A stretch of DNA of 63,619 nucleotides, filler included, from Vannella sp. (Eukaryota), in the NCBI GenBank assembly GCA_023345925.1. It is 6 parts of 6 records of this genome, joined end to end, with 100 filler letters (N's around TTAATTAATTAA, not from the genome) between each part and the next. Parts side by side here need not be neighbours in the genome. Positions count along the whole stretch, not along the records: positions 8,798 to 18,615 come from JAJQQN010000776.1; positions 18,716 to 36,387 come from JAJQQN010000434.1; 4 more parts are not named here. One strand, written 5' to 3'. Both the position numbers and the translations under genes were made by a program. This document shows positions 10,171-21,800 of the stretch, piece after piece (position 1 is the first letter of the stretch; each line of letters starts with the position of its first letter). The notes beneath the pieces were generated by a model, which worked only from the letters and a program-made list of their open reading frames with translations, searched no databases and was not told where the DNA came from.

Positions 10171-11149
10171 CTACAGGTCCAAAGTGACCCTCTCTCCTGG
10201 TTTAAAGGATGGTTGGCCCAAGAACGGACATGTTGAGCAACGGAATGCATCGCCCAGGTAGCACTAGCCGATCGATCAGCCTCCTGTTGCGATCGGAAAG
10301 AGAGAATCACTCACATTGCCACAAGAGGACTTGGTCTCAGCGATCTCCTTCTCATCCATTTCAGCACGGCCACATGTACAGTTCTTACAAGCACCCTTTC
10401 GACTGGTAGATGCCCCGCAGTCATCGTTGTCAGGTAAAACGGAGATGACCTGCTTGTCTACCTCCTCCAGGAGCTGGTTCTCGTCAAGAATGTCATCAGC
10501 GTCGAGCGTATCATCTGAAAGAGACCAAATGGCCCCACTTGCAGGCTTGGATTCAATGACAGGAGCGTCCTGTACGGCATCCTCGTCATCAATCGACCAT
10601 ACCGCGGGAGTGGGAGACTCTTTGGAGACAATCTTTCGCGATTTGAGTGACTGAGACGCCCCTATGACGTAGTTTGGCTTGGTGGAAACGAACTGGAGGG
10701 TAATGACACCCTCAGCGAGTGGTTCTCCGACTTCTTCGCTGGTTGTCTGGTCAAAGCCGCAAATGAGAAGCTCCCCCTTTACTGTATCAACGCTTCTTAG
10801 TCCAGGCTGCCTTCATTAGTCATGGGATACAACAGGGAGAGACGTCCCATACCTTATTGACCTTCACACTCTGCGCCACGGGCTCCGTGAGGACGAACCT
10901 AGCACCAGGACGAAGGAGAGACGATACTCTTTGGAAGAAGTCCTTTGTATGGTCCACCGACCCACCGATCGCAATCACTCCATCAAACGAACCACTCGGA
11001 TAGCCACAAGTCGCCAGATCACAGTGGCGTACATAATACACCGAGCCAGATGTTCCCACCTCCTCCTCAATCCGAGTCCTCTCCACATCAGGCGCCGACA
11101 CAGGACTGATCAACAAGACGCTGTTCCCCTCCTCAAACACAGCGCCCAT
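10171..11149 (-). CDS. DRE2: Anamorsin / Dre2 cytosolic Fe-S assembly factor (3 exons)
   Basis: Methyltransferase-like N-terminus, ACKNCTCG, and spliced [29 protein letters not shown]. Confidence 0.95.
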
Positions 11150-11299
11150 AATAAATGCTTCGCAACTTATCTTAATTTCTAGTTTTATATTACATTCGAA
11201 CCCTTAATAGTCTTGGTCTGGGCAATGCCCAGCAATGGCGACATTGGCGGGAGGAATCTGATTTCGTGACGTTGGGGGTGGTGTTAGGAGGCAAAGTTT

Positions 11300-12388
11300 C
11301 TAGACCATGTTGACGCTGGCTCTCCGTACCATGCTCCTGTTCGACCGCATGTTCTGAATGCGGCCACCTTCGTTTCCGTAAACAATCCTTCGCACTCCCC
11401 AGCACCTTGAAAAGACAATCAACAGACAGGACAGGATGATGGCGGCCAGGATAAAGGCGAGAGAGATCCAGAACAAGGTTGTGACACCTTGCTCAGAACT
11501 TCCACATCCTCCACCGCCACCGCCACCGCCACCATTGAGAATGACGGAGAGATCGGGATCGTACGCCAACGCACCGCGGAACGCAGGGAACAGGATTTGG
11601 ATGAATACATGGTCAAACACTTGTTGTTTCTCACAGTCTATCACAGGGATAGCGCCCGTTTTGTTGAAAGGCAAATCGATTCCCTTCTTGAGAGTGAAAC
11701 GGTCTTCTGTGAAGAGAGCATACTTGACCAACACTGATATGGGGGCCATCCCTTGTAGGTCTGCCACTATGCCTTCAAGGAGGAGTCCCAGTGTGCCACT
11801 CAGACGCCCAGTTTTGCATTCGAGGGAGGATAATTCCGACTCCATCCCCGTCTGAGTGCACTCGGAGAAGGAGCTGGAGGCGGTGATGTTTGCGCTGAAC
11901 CGTAAGGTGTGGTTGGGGGATTGGAATGGCCATCCTCCAAAGAGGAACATGGAGAACTTGACCGTTCCTGTTTTGAGGGTTTTGGGGGTCCCTTGCTCGT
12001 CCACGACGCGGTCTACCTTCGCCACTTGGAATGAAAGACGTGCGAAACCATTGGGAGTGGTGTAATTGACAACATCGAAGGAAGGGAGCTCACGGTCCAC
12101 CGTGACAATGAACATGGTTTCATTAATGTTCGTCAGGTCGATACAGAGTCCAGCGATCCCTCCAGAGGGTGATGATAGTTCACAAAGGTAGTCCATTACG
12201 ACACGAAAGTATTCGTCCGTCTCTTCACCCTTCTCGCGCAGATGATAGTCCACAGTGGGTGTTTTCTCGCCAAAGTACACCACCGACGCGCTTGTTTCAA
12301 TCCGTATTCGTCCTTGTTCTTCTTGCAGAGAACACCCCACCAGAACTCCCATCAACACCCAAGCCAAGATGGATGCGAGTGGGTGCAT
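11300..12388 (-). CDS. Type I membrane protein with a Dictyostelium ComC-like C-terminal beta domain
   Basis: Signal peptide from MHPLASIL, VKFS..GWPFQSPNHTL, IQILFPAF..YDPDLSVIL, a Gly linker, then a TM helix. Confidence 0.65.
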   Translation of the reverse strand: MHPLASILAWVLMGVLVGCSLQEEQGRIRIETSASVVYFGEKTPTVDYHLREKGEETDEYFRVVMDYLCELSSPSGGIAGLCIDLTNINETMFIVTVDRELPSFDVVNYTTPNGFARLSFQVAKVDRVVDEQGTPKTLKTGTVKFSMFLFGGWPFQSPNHTLRFSANITASSSFSECTQTGMESELSSLECKTGRLSGTLGLLLEGIVADLQGMAPISVLVKYALFTEDRFTLKKGIDLPFNKTGAIPVIDCEKQQVFDHVFIQILFPAFRGALAYDPDLSVILNGGGGGGGGGCGSSEQGVTTLFWISLAFILAAIILSCLLIVFSRCWGVRRIVYGNEGGRIQNMRSNRSMVRRASVNMV

Positions 12389-12562
12389 AAACAACAAATG
12401 AGACGCAAAACGATCAAGGAACAGGATTTCCCTGCTTCCCTCCGCCCTAATTAGGAAATCCAATCAACTGAAACACGCTCAGGTGGTCACTTCTGTTCCT
12501 CATACTTATTTTCACTGTCTTGTTGGACTGAACCATTTTTATTGGTGAACCCTTTTGGGCTG

Positions 12563-13698
12563 ATGGAGTTGCTCTCGTCAGCTCCGGTTGTGTTTAGCCC
12601 GTTGAAAGGGCTTTGGGTTCCGCATTCGGATCGGTTGGTGGTGGTAGGAGCGTATCCAGATGGAAAAGGGGCCTTCTCTGTGAGGAAGGTGGACCAAGAC
12701 CTTCGCATTCAGCCCCTTCGTGACGTGGAGAAGGCGAGCGGCTTTCGTTGTGCTGCAATGGGTGTGCAACCAAGTGTTCTACGTCAAGTAGTCACTGGAC
12801 AGTACAACGGGCAAGTCTCCTTGTGGGATCTTGACCACCTACAGTCCCCAGTGTGGTCTGGCAAGCACTCACAACTCGTCAACTCCGTCCACTGTGGCGA
12901 TTCTAAGTCCTCCACACGACCTGAGATCCTCTCCTCTTGCAGAGACGGGACAGTCAACCTTTGGGATACTCGCGTGGCAGATCGCCCTGTCATGCTTCTA
13001 CGATCAAGCAGCCGCTCCTCAGACTGCTGGGTGGCCAAGTTCGGTACGTTCTTCATTAGAAAGGAGGACAATCGACTGCGCCAGAGGACTGAACTCTCCT
13101 GGTAGACACAACAGGGTCTAACTCCGGCTCCAGCGTCTTTGTGGGGTATCAGAATGGTAACTTGATAGCCTATGACCTTCGAAACCAAGGCAAGTACTGG
13201 CAACACCAGCTACCTCAAGGTGTTTGCGATCTGGAAGTGAGGGAGGGGCGGGAAGGGGGCACTGGCATGCCTGTTCTTCTGTGTACGATGCCCAAGGCTC
13301 AATATGGTCTCTTTCATGCCCCAAAGATGGACTGCAAGTCAGGGGGGACACTGAATGTGCCGCTCGTTGCATCGTCCCTCTCGAGAAAGCATCCAACGTC
13401 ACAGTCTACCATCTGGACGGGAACGTTCTCACCTCATCGACCAGAACAATTCATGACTACCACAAATGATGGCTTCCTGACCCTGGCAACCGCGATGGAG
13501 TAAGCACCTCCCCTCCTCTCTCCCCTTCCTCACCTTCCCAGGGGCCGAGACACCTCCGAACCCATCACCATCGCCAACGAACACCACCTCCGAGTCAGTG
13601 ACTGCGGTGTCATCTCCTTCACGTGGCATCCTGACCGTCCAAACCTCTTCCTCCTCTCCTGCCTCGACAAGACCATCAGCGTTGGCCACGTCAATTAA
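12563..13698 (+). CDS. WDR92: WD40 protein WDR92/DNAAF10-like (3 exons)
   Basis: WVPHSDRLVVVG, PEILSSCRDGTVNLWDTR, DCWVAKFG, GYQNGNLIAYDLR and STIW match WDR92 blocks. Introns at about 13044-13105 and 13500-13541. Confidence 0.8.
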
Positions 13699-13791
13699 CT
13701 TGCTCCTAAATGTATCAAAACAAAGAGAAATGCGCATTTGGAGACAAAGGGGAAATGTTGGAGGGCTTTTGGTCATTTTTCCTTGGTGTTG

Positions 13792-14307
13792 ATGAGTTAC
13801 AGCCGAAACACCGCTGCTCCCGTTCCAGAGTCGGAGAAGGATATTGTAAGGCGAGGGGTGGAGGGGGGAGGGGGAGGAGCTCCTGTCTTGGAGAGGCGGG
13901 GTTAACTTGGTGGGTGTTGGTAGACAGAGGAGGAGAGATTCCGGACTGGGCCACTGTCCATCCTCTATGATGCAGTTAATACCAACTCTCAGGTTCTCAT
14001 CAATGTGAGGAACAACCACAAACTCCTTGGGCGAGTCAAGGCTTTCGATCGCCACTGCAATATGGTGCGCCCCTACCCCTCTCTCTGGGACTCCTTTCTG
14101 ACGTAGCTCTGTTTCTAGGTGCTTGTGAACGTCAGAGAGCTCTGGACTGACCCAGGCAAGAAGGGAAAGGGCCAAAAGAAGGCTACTCCCGTGAACCGCA
14201 GCCGTTTCATCTCGAAGATGTTCCTTCGAGGTGATTCCGTCATCTGCGTGACCCCCAACCCTCTTGGTGGTCCCCAAGAAGAGAAGGAAGAGGCCGCCCA
14301 GGAATAA
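13792..14307 (+). CDS. SNRPD2: Small nuclear ribonucleoprotein Sm D2 (3 exons)
   Basis: Spliced [58 protein letters not shown]. Confidence 0.97.
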
Positions 14308-14393
14308 ACCTGGCTGTTAGGTCCCAGACTGCGCAAGCACCACCAAAAGCCTAGCAAGAGGGATTTACACGCTATTTACTGCCTTTCCTCGCC

Positions 14394-15849
14394 TTAAAGG
14401 CAGACAAACTCATTGATCTCAGCATCGTCCGCACTCAGATCAGTCGATCTAACCATCCATTCCTCTGAAGGAGGCATTTCCACCACCACCATGGACCGGA
14501 CGAAGCTCTCCTCGTCGTGACTGTCATCGTCTGGCCATGACAGATCCAGCTCAACCTCTCTCTCTTCAGATACGTGCCTGGTAGGCGCTACTGCAAAGAT
14601 ATGATCGCCACCCATCTTCTCCTGGAACTGAGGGCGGATGAGATCCTTTCGCTCTACAGGAGCCTGGCGTTGCTTACCTGACTGGCCAGGTCACAGAAGC
14701 TCTCAAAGTCCTCTCGGTTGTGACAGTAGAAGGCGGCAGCAAAGGAGGGGTCGATGAAGGAGATTTTGATGCTTTGGATCTGGCTTGGCCGATATGTCTT
14801 TGGAGAGGTGTGAGGATGGCTCAGGGAGGGTTGGAGCTACTTACTCTTGTATCAAAAGGTATGTTGGTTGTCTGTGCCGCGGGGAAGACCACGTGAGGGT
14901 CGAGATAAAAGAGAGCGTCATCTTGCATTGCAACAAAGTAGAGAGAGGACCTTGGCTTGCCTCCTGCTATCCCCAGTGATTGAGGGTATTGGAATAGCGA
15001 TGCCATGATCTGATGATATGTCTCTGGAACGGCATCCACTCCCAGCCGCACAGGAATCAGAAGGATCAAGCTTTTGGTCCATTTGCCTCCCAAGCTTCCT
15101 CCACAGAGAGCTTGGACCTCGTCCTTATACACCATGCCATTGTTAGACACGTAAATGCCGAACTCATCCCCTTGGTACTCGTGAACCAGTTCTCTATTGA
15201 GCCAGAAGGTTAGTGTGAGCCTCTTGCGTGGAGTTATCCTCATACCGGAGAGCTACGGAAACTGTTGAAGGCCCCAGCCACTCTCCAACGCTCTTGTTTT
15301 GCCTCTGACAGACCAATGCGATGTTGTGAAGGGAGTAAGGCGCATCCGCAGAGTCTGCAAACTGTTGGATGATCTCAAAGTACTTGCAAGGCAGTTCTTC
15401 CTTCGCTCCTCTCCTCCACTCTGTGTCATGTCAGCCCTTGAAGTGGGTGAATGAGGGTAACTGACCTCGCCCGAGGTAATGTACGAGGAAAGCTTGACCA
15501 AGAACCATCTGGGCGGTCCGATGCATACAGCCCCATCCCATGTCAGATGTGTAGAGGCTCCCTTCAATCAGTGGGAAGTTCTTGCGGTAGGTAAACCACA
15601 AGCGCGTGCGAAAGTCATCCGCAAAGGAGGGAAAGACCGCATTGCAATCCCCCATGAGGAGCGAATCCCCGTCCTGATAGGAACTGTCTTCATCTCCATG
15701 TTGTCGTAGGTGCTTGACGCCAAGCATCCAGATAGGGGAAGAGCTGACAGTAGAGGAACTCGGAGGTAAGTCTTCAAAGCCGTTAGTTCAAGGACTCAGA
15801 CGAGTCAAGAAGGCTTACTGTACCCCCGAAAGTAGTAGTATGTCTCCAT
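14394..15849 (-). CDS. ATG4: Autophagy cysteine protease ATG4 (multi-exon, start uncertain)
   Basis: LWFTYRKNF, SDMGWGCMHRTAQMVL, GIAGGKPRSSLYF, YLDPH and IDPSFA. Confidence 0.93.
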
Positions 15850-16177
15850 CAGAAGACGATAGACTCCGTAGAAGACAACAAGAAGGTAACTATACCAACA
15901 ATCAGACAGCAAGCTCGTCCTCTTCCTCCTCGAACGCGAATTCAAAGAGTGCGACGTTGAGAATGGAGGCTGTCTACACGAAAGAAGGTGACTCCGTTCA
16001 CCTATCCTGTCCCCGAGAGAAGAGAGCAATGGCTCCCTTTTGGTGAAATGTTCGTTTGAGTGCTCCCTCAAATGTCTGGATTTGGCTAAAAAAAATCAAG
16101 ATTGAAGAAATAAACAGGATCCTGGATATGACGGTCTAACTCACTTTTAGTTGTCCTTTGTGGCCTTTGCTTGGAGA

Positions 16178-17098
16178 ATGGACCGTGAGTTGTCTCCTCC
16201 GATGGTGCTTCTTATTTGTTGATGAGAGCGTGTGTAGGGGGCTCATTGGTTCACAAGCTAGGGGACTACATGGTTTCTGATTCTACGCTTGGGCAGGGGA
16301 CCTACGCGAAAGTTCGCCTTGCTTCCAACGTTCACAACAACGAGTTATATGCTATGAAGATCATCAAAAAGCCTGAGTTGGAAGTAAAGCACTACACTCG
16401 GATCAAACGCGAAGTAGAGAACTTAAAAGGACTCCTCCACCCTCATATCGTGCAACTCCACGATGTCTTCCAAACCAAGAGGTTCATCTGCATCGTTATG
16501 GAGTATGCTACAGGGGGTGACCTTTACGAGTACATACAATCACAGGTAGGGCGCTTCACTTGCCTTCCCACATTGTTCAAGCCTCATCCTCTTCTAGCCA
16601 GAGAAGAGACTGCCCCCACAAGAGGCCCTCCGTATATTCCACCAAATGATCGAAGCAGTAGATCACTGCCACAAAGAACACGTAGTTCATCGTGACCTTA
16701 AGCCAGAGAACATCCTCCTGGACCACGGAAACGTTAAGATTGCTGACTTTGGCTTCAGTCGAACCTTCGATCCAGACGGCTCCCTACTTTCCACTTGCTG
16801 TGGAAGTGTTGGATACGCCGCACCAGAGCTCCTTCTTGGAGAAAAGTACATTGGACCTGCGGCTGACGTGTGGAGTGTCGGAGTGATTCTGTACACCTGC
16901 ATATGCGGCGTAGGCCCGTTCCAACTTGAGGAGGGGATGAGCAAGGAAGTAGAAACTCGAATGCTTTCTGGTAACTTTGTCCGGTCACCCCTGCTAGATG
17001 ACTTTCAGGTCCAACTGTTCGAGCGCATGTTTGACCCCAAACCCGCTAATCGCATCACCATTCCCGAGATTCGCGCGCTAATCTCTGAAATCCATTGA
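16178..17098 (+). CDS. Ser/Thr protein kinase, CAMK group (SNF1/MARK-like), kinase domain only (3 exons)
   Basis: LGQGTYAKV, YAMKII, HRDLKPEN, DFG, CCGSVGYAAPE and DVWSVGV. Confidence 0.93.
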
Positions 17099-17216
17099 TT
17101 AACACTTTGGATCTTGTACATATACTCCCTTTGAAATGCTCTCTCTTGTGGAGGTCATCTGGCTCGTCTTTTGTCAAAGGTACTTCAACGGGTTTATTTA
17201 AACGCGTATGACCCGT

Positions 17217-17785
17217 TTATACAAGAGCAGAAGCAGTGGTAGAGTCACTAGAACGAACGTTAGTCTCAAAACAACCGCCCTTTGCGACGACAACTTACTA
17301 CTTCCAGTTAGCGGGAAGCTGGTTGGCTCTGCGGTAGTAGCGAGCAAGACGGTGAACTCGGCTCTCGATCAGAATCAATCGGAACTTGGAGTCCTTATCC
17401 TTCCTGTTTCGCTCAAGGTGCTTGCGGACAGTCACAGCCTTCTTCACCAAGTGGTAAAGATCCTCAGGGATCTTGGGAGCGAGTCCGCTAGCCTTGAGGA
17501 GGCGAACGAGAGTGTTTCCGGTGATGCGCTTGACCTGGGGAATACCGAAGGAATCACGGAGAATCACACCGATCTGAGATGGAGTGTATCCCTTCTTGGC
17601 CAACTGGCAAACCTGAGTGTTGACCTCAGTGGCGGTGGTCTTGTTCCAGGTAGGAGCAGTTCGCTTGTAGGGGATGGCGGAGGAAGAAATTCCCTTTCTT
17701 AACAAACCGACAAGGCGACGTCAGTACATGTACCCTCTCTTTCGCAGTTCTAAAGAACTTACCCAGAACTGTGCATGCGACCCAT
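17217..17785 (-). CDS. RPS13: 40S ribosomal protein S13 (uS15), 3 exons
   Basis: [55 protein letters not shown]. Confidence 0.98.
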
Positions 17786-17806
17786 GGTGGACGGTCTGAG
17801 GGATCC

Positions 17807-17818
17807 AAAAAAAAGGAG
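17807..17818 (-). promoter_or_regulatory. Polypyrimidine (TCT/5'TOP-like) initiator of RPS13
   Basis: CTCCTTTTTTTT on the minus strand, 21 nt before the ATG, in place of the TCATT motif seen at other genes. Confidence 0.5.
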
Positions 17819-17976
17819 CAAAGCAAAACCTCACGAAAATTTTCAACTGGTTTTCAGGAATGCCACTCTCTCTTATCCAAGCTAATGGAACAGCATTTAA
17901 ACTAATTATATATTTTATAACGTAGGAACAGGTTCTCTGTAATGGGAACCATTTCATTGGTGACCGGCGGTTGATC

Positions 17977-18615
17977 ATGGGTATTCCCAAGTTCTATCGT
18001 TGGATTTCTGAGAGATACCCTCTCATCTCGCAACCCATTTGTGAGGAAAGCATTATCCCCGAGTACGACAACCTTTACCTCGACTTTAACGGCATCATTC
18101 ACCGTTGTTCTCACCCCGATGACATTAACCCGCTTCACAACCAACTCACTGAGTCTGAAATGATGCTCAAGATGTTTGATTACGTTCAGGTAAGCTAAGG
18201 TGCCTCAATAGCCCCGTTCTGACTGAGAACCTCTTGATCAGGCCATTGTCCGACAGATTAGACCAAGAAAGGTCCTCATTATCGCCGTAGATGGCGTCGC
18301 ACCCCGTGCTAAGATGAATCAGCAACGATCCCGCCGTTTTAGATCAGCCAAGGACACAGAAGAGTCCTTGAAACAAGCCCGTCAGAAGGGTATCATTGTC
18401 CCTCCCCAAGACGAGCTCTTTGACTCCAACTGCATCACTCCTGGTACCGAGTTCATGGAGAAGCTCAATGCGCACTTTGAGTACTTCATCCGAAAGAAGG
18501 TGAGATCACCACCCTCTCACTCCTTGCCCCTCTGAGTGGTAGAATAGATCTCAGAGGATGACATCTGGAGGGACTTGAACGTTATCTTCTCCGGACACGA
18601 CGTACCTGGAGAGGG
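17977..18615 (+). CDS. XRN1: 5'-3' exoribonuclease, 5' part only
   Basis: MGIPKFYRWISERYP, DNLYLDFNGIIHRCSH, VDGVAPRAKMNQQRSRRF, FDSNCITPGTEFM and SGHDVPGEG. Confidence 0.92.
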
Positions 18616-18715
18616 NNNNNNNNNNNNNNNNNNNNNNNNNNNNNNNNNNNNNNNNNNNNTTAATTAATTAANNNNNNNNNNNNNNNNNNNNNNNNNNNNN
18701 NNNNNNNNNNNNNNN
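18616..18715. other. Artificial contig-joining spacer
   Basis: N run with TTAATTAATTAA. Confidence 0.98.
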
Positions 18716-18840
18716 AAAGGCGACGCGTTGCCCTTTCCGGCACTTTCCCGATTCGGGCGAATGGGTCGAACATTCATTGAGCCCTTCGAAATCAAGTGGG
18801 AAAAAGAGAAAAGAATTCGTTTGCTCAGGAGAGCGATTAA

Positions 18841-21800
18841 ATGGGCTCTTTTAAAAGTCCGTTGGCAAAAAGACCATTTGGAGGGCTTCCCGCTGCGAGA
18901 GGGGTAATGCAGGAAGCCATCTTCTCGGGCAACGAGGAGAAGGTTCGGCTCTTATTAGGAGAAGACCCGTCGAGTAGTACTCGCGTGGAGGCGGACGGGA
19001 ACAGCCCACTTCATTTGGCGGCGTCATCGCAGCAGTTGGCGATTTGTAAGGCTTTGTTGGGCAGTAAAGCGGATCCTCTGGCTCTTGATAAGGACAACAA
19101 CACACCCCTACATCGGCTAGTTCTTGCTTCTGAAGCAGCTGCGTCCTGTTCAGAGCGCTCTGAGCTCCTGCGAGAACTTGTCGCTTACGGCGCTCCCATT
19201 AACGCTCTCAACAACGATGGGAAGGCTCCCATCCACCTCGCTGCTTCAAAGGGATTCACCAATACGGCCTTGGTACTTTCTAACTCGGAAGGATTCGTAG
19301 TGGACGTCCCAGACTCGTAAGAACTCTTAAACCATCAAACAGGCATGGTCACTCACCCTTTGCGGGCAGGAAAGGGATCACTGCGCTCGTACTTGCTGCA
19401 AGAAACAACCGAAAGGATACTGCAAGGGTTCTATTGAGGCTTGGAGCGGCAACAGAGATGCTGCAACTGGATGCCATCGGTGGCAAAGTTCCTGTGGACA
19501 TCGTCGACATGCTTGTCCACAGTGGAGCTGCACCAAGGCTGCAGGCTACGTTACAAGGTAAGGTTTATTCGGTGCATCAGGGAGCATCGTAGCTAACTAG
19601 GCATTGGCGTACAGGAGCGGTTGAAGAGCAATGGGAGACCAGTAAGATGGCTGGTGTGTATCAGGTGGTGCGAAGCAACAACAAGTTGGACCTTATCAAG
19701 CTTTATAAGAAGGATCGCAACCTCTTCAAGAAGAGAGGACCTCACAACCAGACAATCCTTCACTTGGCCGCTCGCTTTGCTTCCGAAGAGATCATGGAAG
19801 TCAGTCTAGCGCCTCCTATTACTTCCTTTCTCGTAACCTGATCACTTCCGACCCTTTTAGTACCTTTTGGAGAAGAACACAACGCTCATCAACGCCCTGG
19901 ACGACCACGGAGTGACTCCCCTTCACATTGCTGCGAAGGAGATTCGCATGAAAGTCTTCGAATGCCTCATGAAGAACAGCGCTCACCCAGGTCTCTGTGA
20001 TGCGGTAGGTTCTACACGCTCCTCTGTACCAAGGAGCTGACATCCTTGGCAGGGCAAGGCCACACCGCTCCATTACTTGGCGAGCGTGCAGTGTAGCGAC
20101 CCAATTGCCTACCACAAGGCGTACAAGATGATCGCTGAACATCGTGCTGTGCTTGAAGCGGTGGATAAGGACGGGAACACGGCAATGCACCTCGCCGCCA
20201 AGCATGGCGTGGAGCAAGCTATCATCTACCTCCGTCCTTTAGGGGCAGACCTGGATGCAAAGAACGCTGATGGACATACGCCTGTACAACTAGCAGCCAG
20301 GTTTAACTTCCCAGAGCTGGCCGTGATCATGGTGGGAATGGGAGCTGATTCTTCGGGCCTGTACGAGGACTGGCGCCTGCACGTGTTGCCACCAAGCGTG
20401 CATAAGCGTCTGGCAGCCAAGTTTGGAGATTCCGCTGGAAGCGCCCAACTGGCCAACTATCTGCAAGTGGGCGGGTCGCCAAACGCCCTTTCCAAGAGGC
20501 GTCTTCAACACGGGAGCAACCGAGCAAGCAGTGCCGTCAACATAGGAGGGAACCAGCATCAGATCCTCTTGATTGACCAAATCATTCAGATGATAGCGCA
20601 GGGGTCTGACATCTCGCGGGCTCTGAAGAAAGAGTACAAAGCTTTCATTCAAAAGCCTGGAACGGGTGGCCTTGCTGCACTACACGTAGCTGCAGCAGAA
20701 GGTAATGCAGATGCTATTGAGCTCTTACTTGATCGAATGGACTGCAATATCAATGCAAAGGACGAAAAAGGGAGAACACCGCTCCTTCTAGCCTGCAAGA
20801 ACGGCAGAATTGATGTCATCAAAGCTCTCTTAACGCGGCCCCTCTTGCAAGTCCATAGCGCCTCAAAAAATGGCAACAATCGAACTGCGTTGCACTATCT
20901 GGCGCGTTTTCCCATCCAAAACGTCAGCCGGGTGGCCGGGGTGATTCACGCACTGATTGGGCGTGGCTTGAATGTGAATGAAACAACGACCAAGCAACGA
21001 TTTACCCCAGCTCACTATGCAGCACGTCAGGGTAACAGCAACACCATTGCTCTACTTCACTTTTTCGGGTCTGCGATTGACCTCCCGGCCTTGGATGGAT
21101 CAACACCTGTTATGATTGCTGCTATTCTTGAACGGGAAGAAAACGTACGGACATTCATTCAACTTGGTGCAGACAAGCAACTACTTCTGGAGCGGACTCC
21201 TTCAGAGGCACTTTCGGAGGAGCTTCGGGAAGTAATTGCAAGCACTGAAGCTCTTCCTGCAAGTCAGTGTAATGGGTTACCTGGAATTGATGAGGTGGTG
21301 GGACTGTCTGCGGCAATGTATCTTCCTCAGGAGCATCCCATTCATGCCTTTGTATTGACTCATCCAAAGTCACCAGATTTCGCACAAAGAATGGAGGAAG
21401 AGGGTGGTTTGAATGTCCTCAACATTCCTACTCTCGATGGAAGAACTGCAATTCATTTGGCAGGCGATATAGGCTATTGCGAACTCTTTGGGTTGGTAAA
21501 GGAGCCTTTTGTAATGCCGTTGGACCGACTTGACGCTAATGGCGAGACTTGCCTTCACCTAGCTGCCGCTCATGGTAACTTAAAGCTTTGTGAAGTGCTT
21601 CTAGAGCTTGGTGCCAATCCTGGTATTCCCAGCAAACAAGGCACGATACTCCATATTCTTGCTTCTTGTCAAGAGCATTGCCCTCCAACAAAACATCTGA
21701 TTGCTTCAGTTGCTGCCAAAGGTGTTGGACTGAACGAGCTCAATCCAGATGGGTTGACAGCTATGCACATTGCTGCCCGCCGTGGCAACAGCGCTCTTCT

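Noticed and set aside
13429..14277. 282-aa minus-strand ORF
   Set aside because: Antisense shadow of WDR92 and SmD2.
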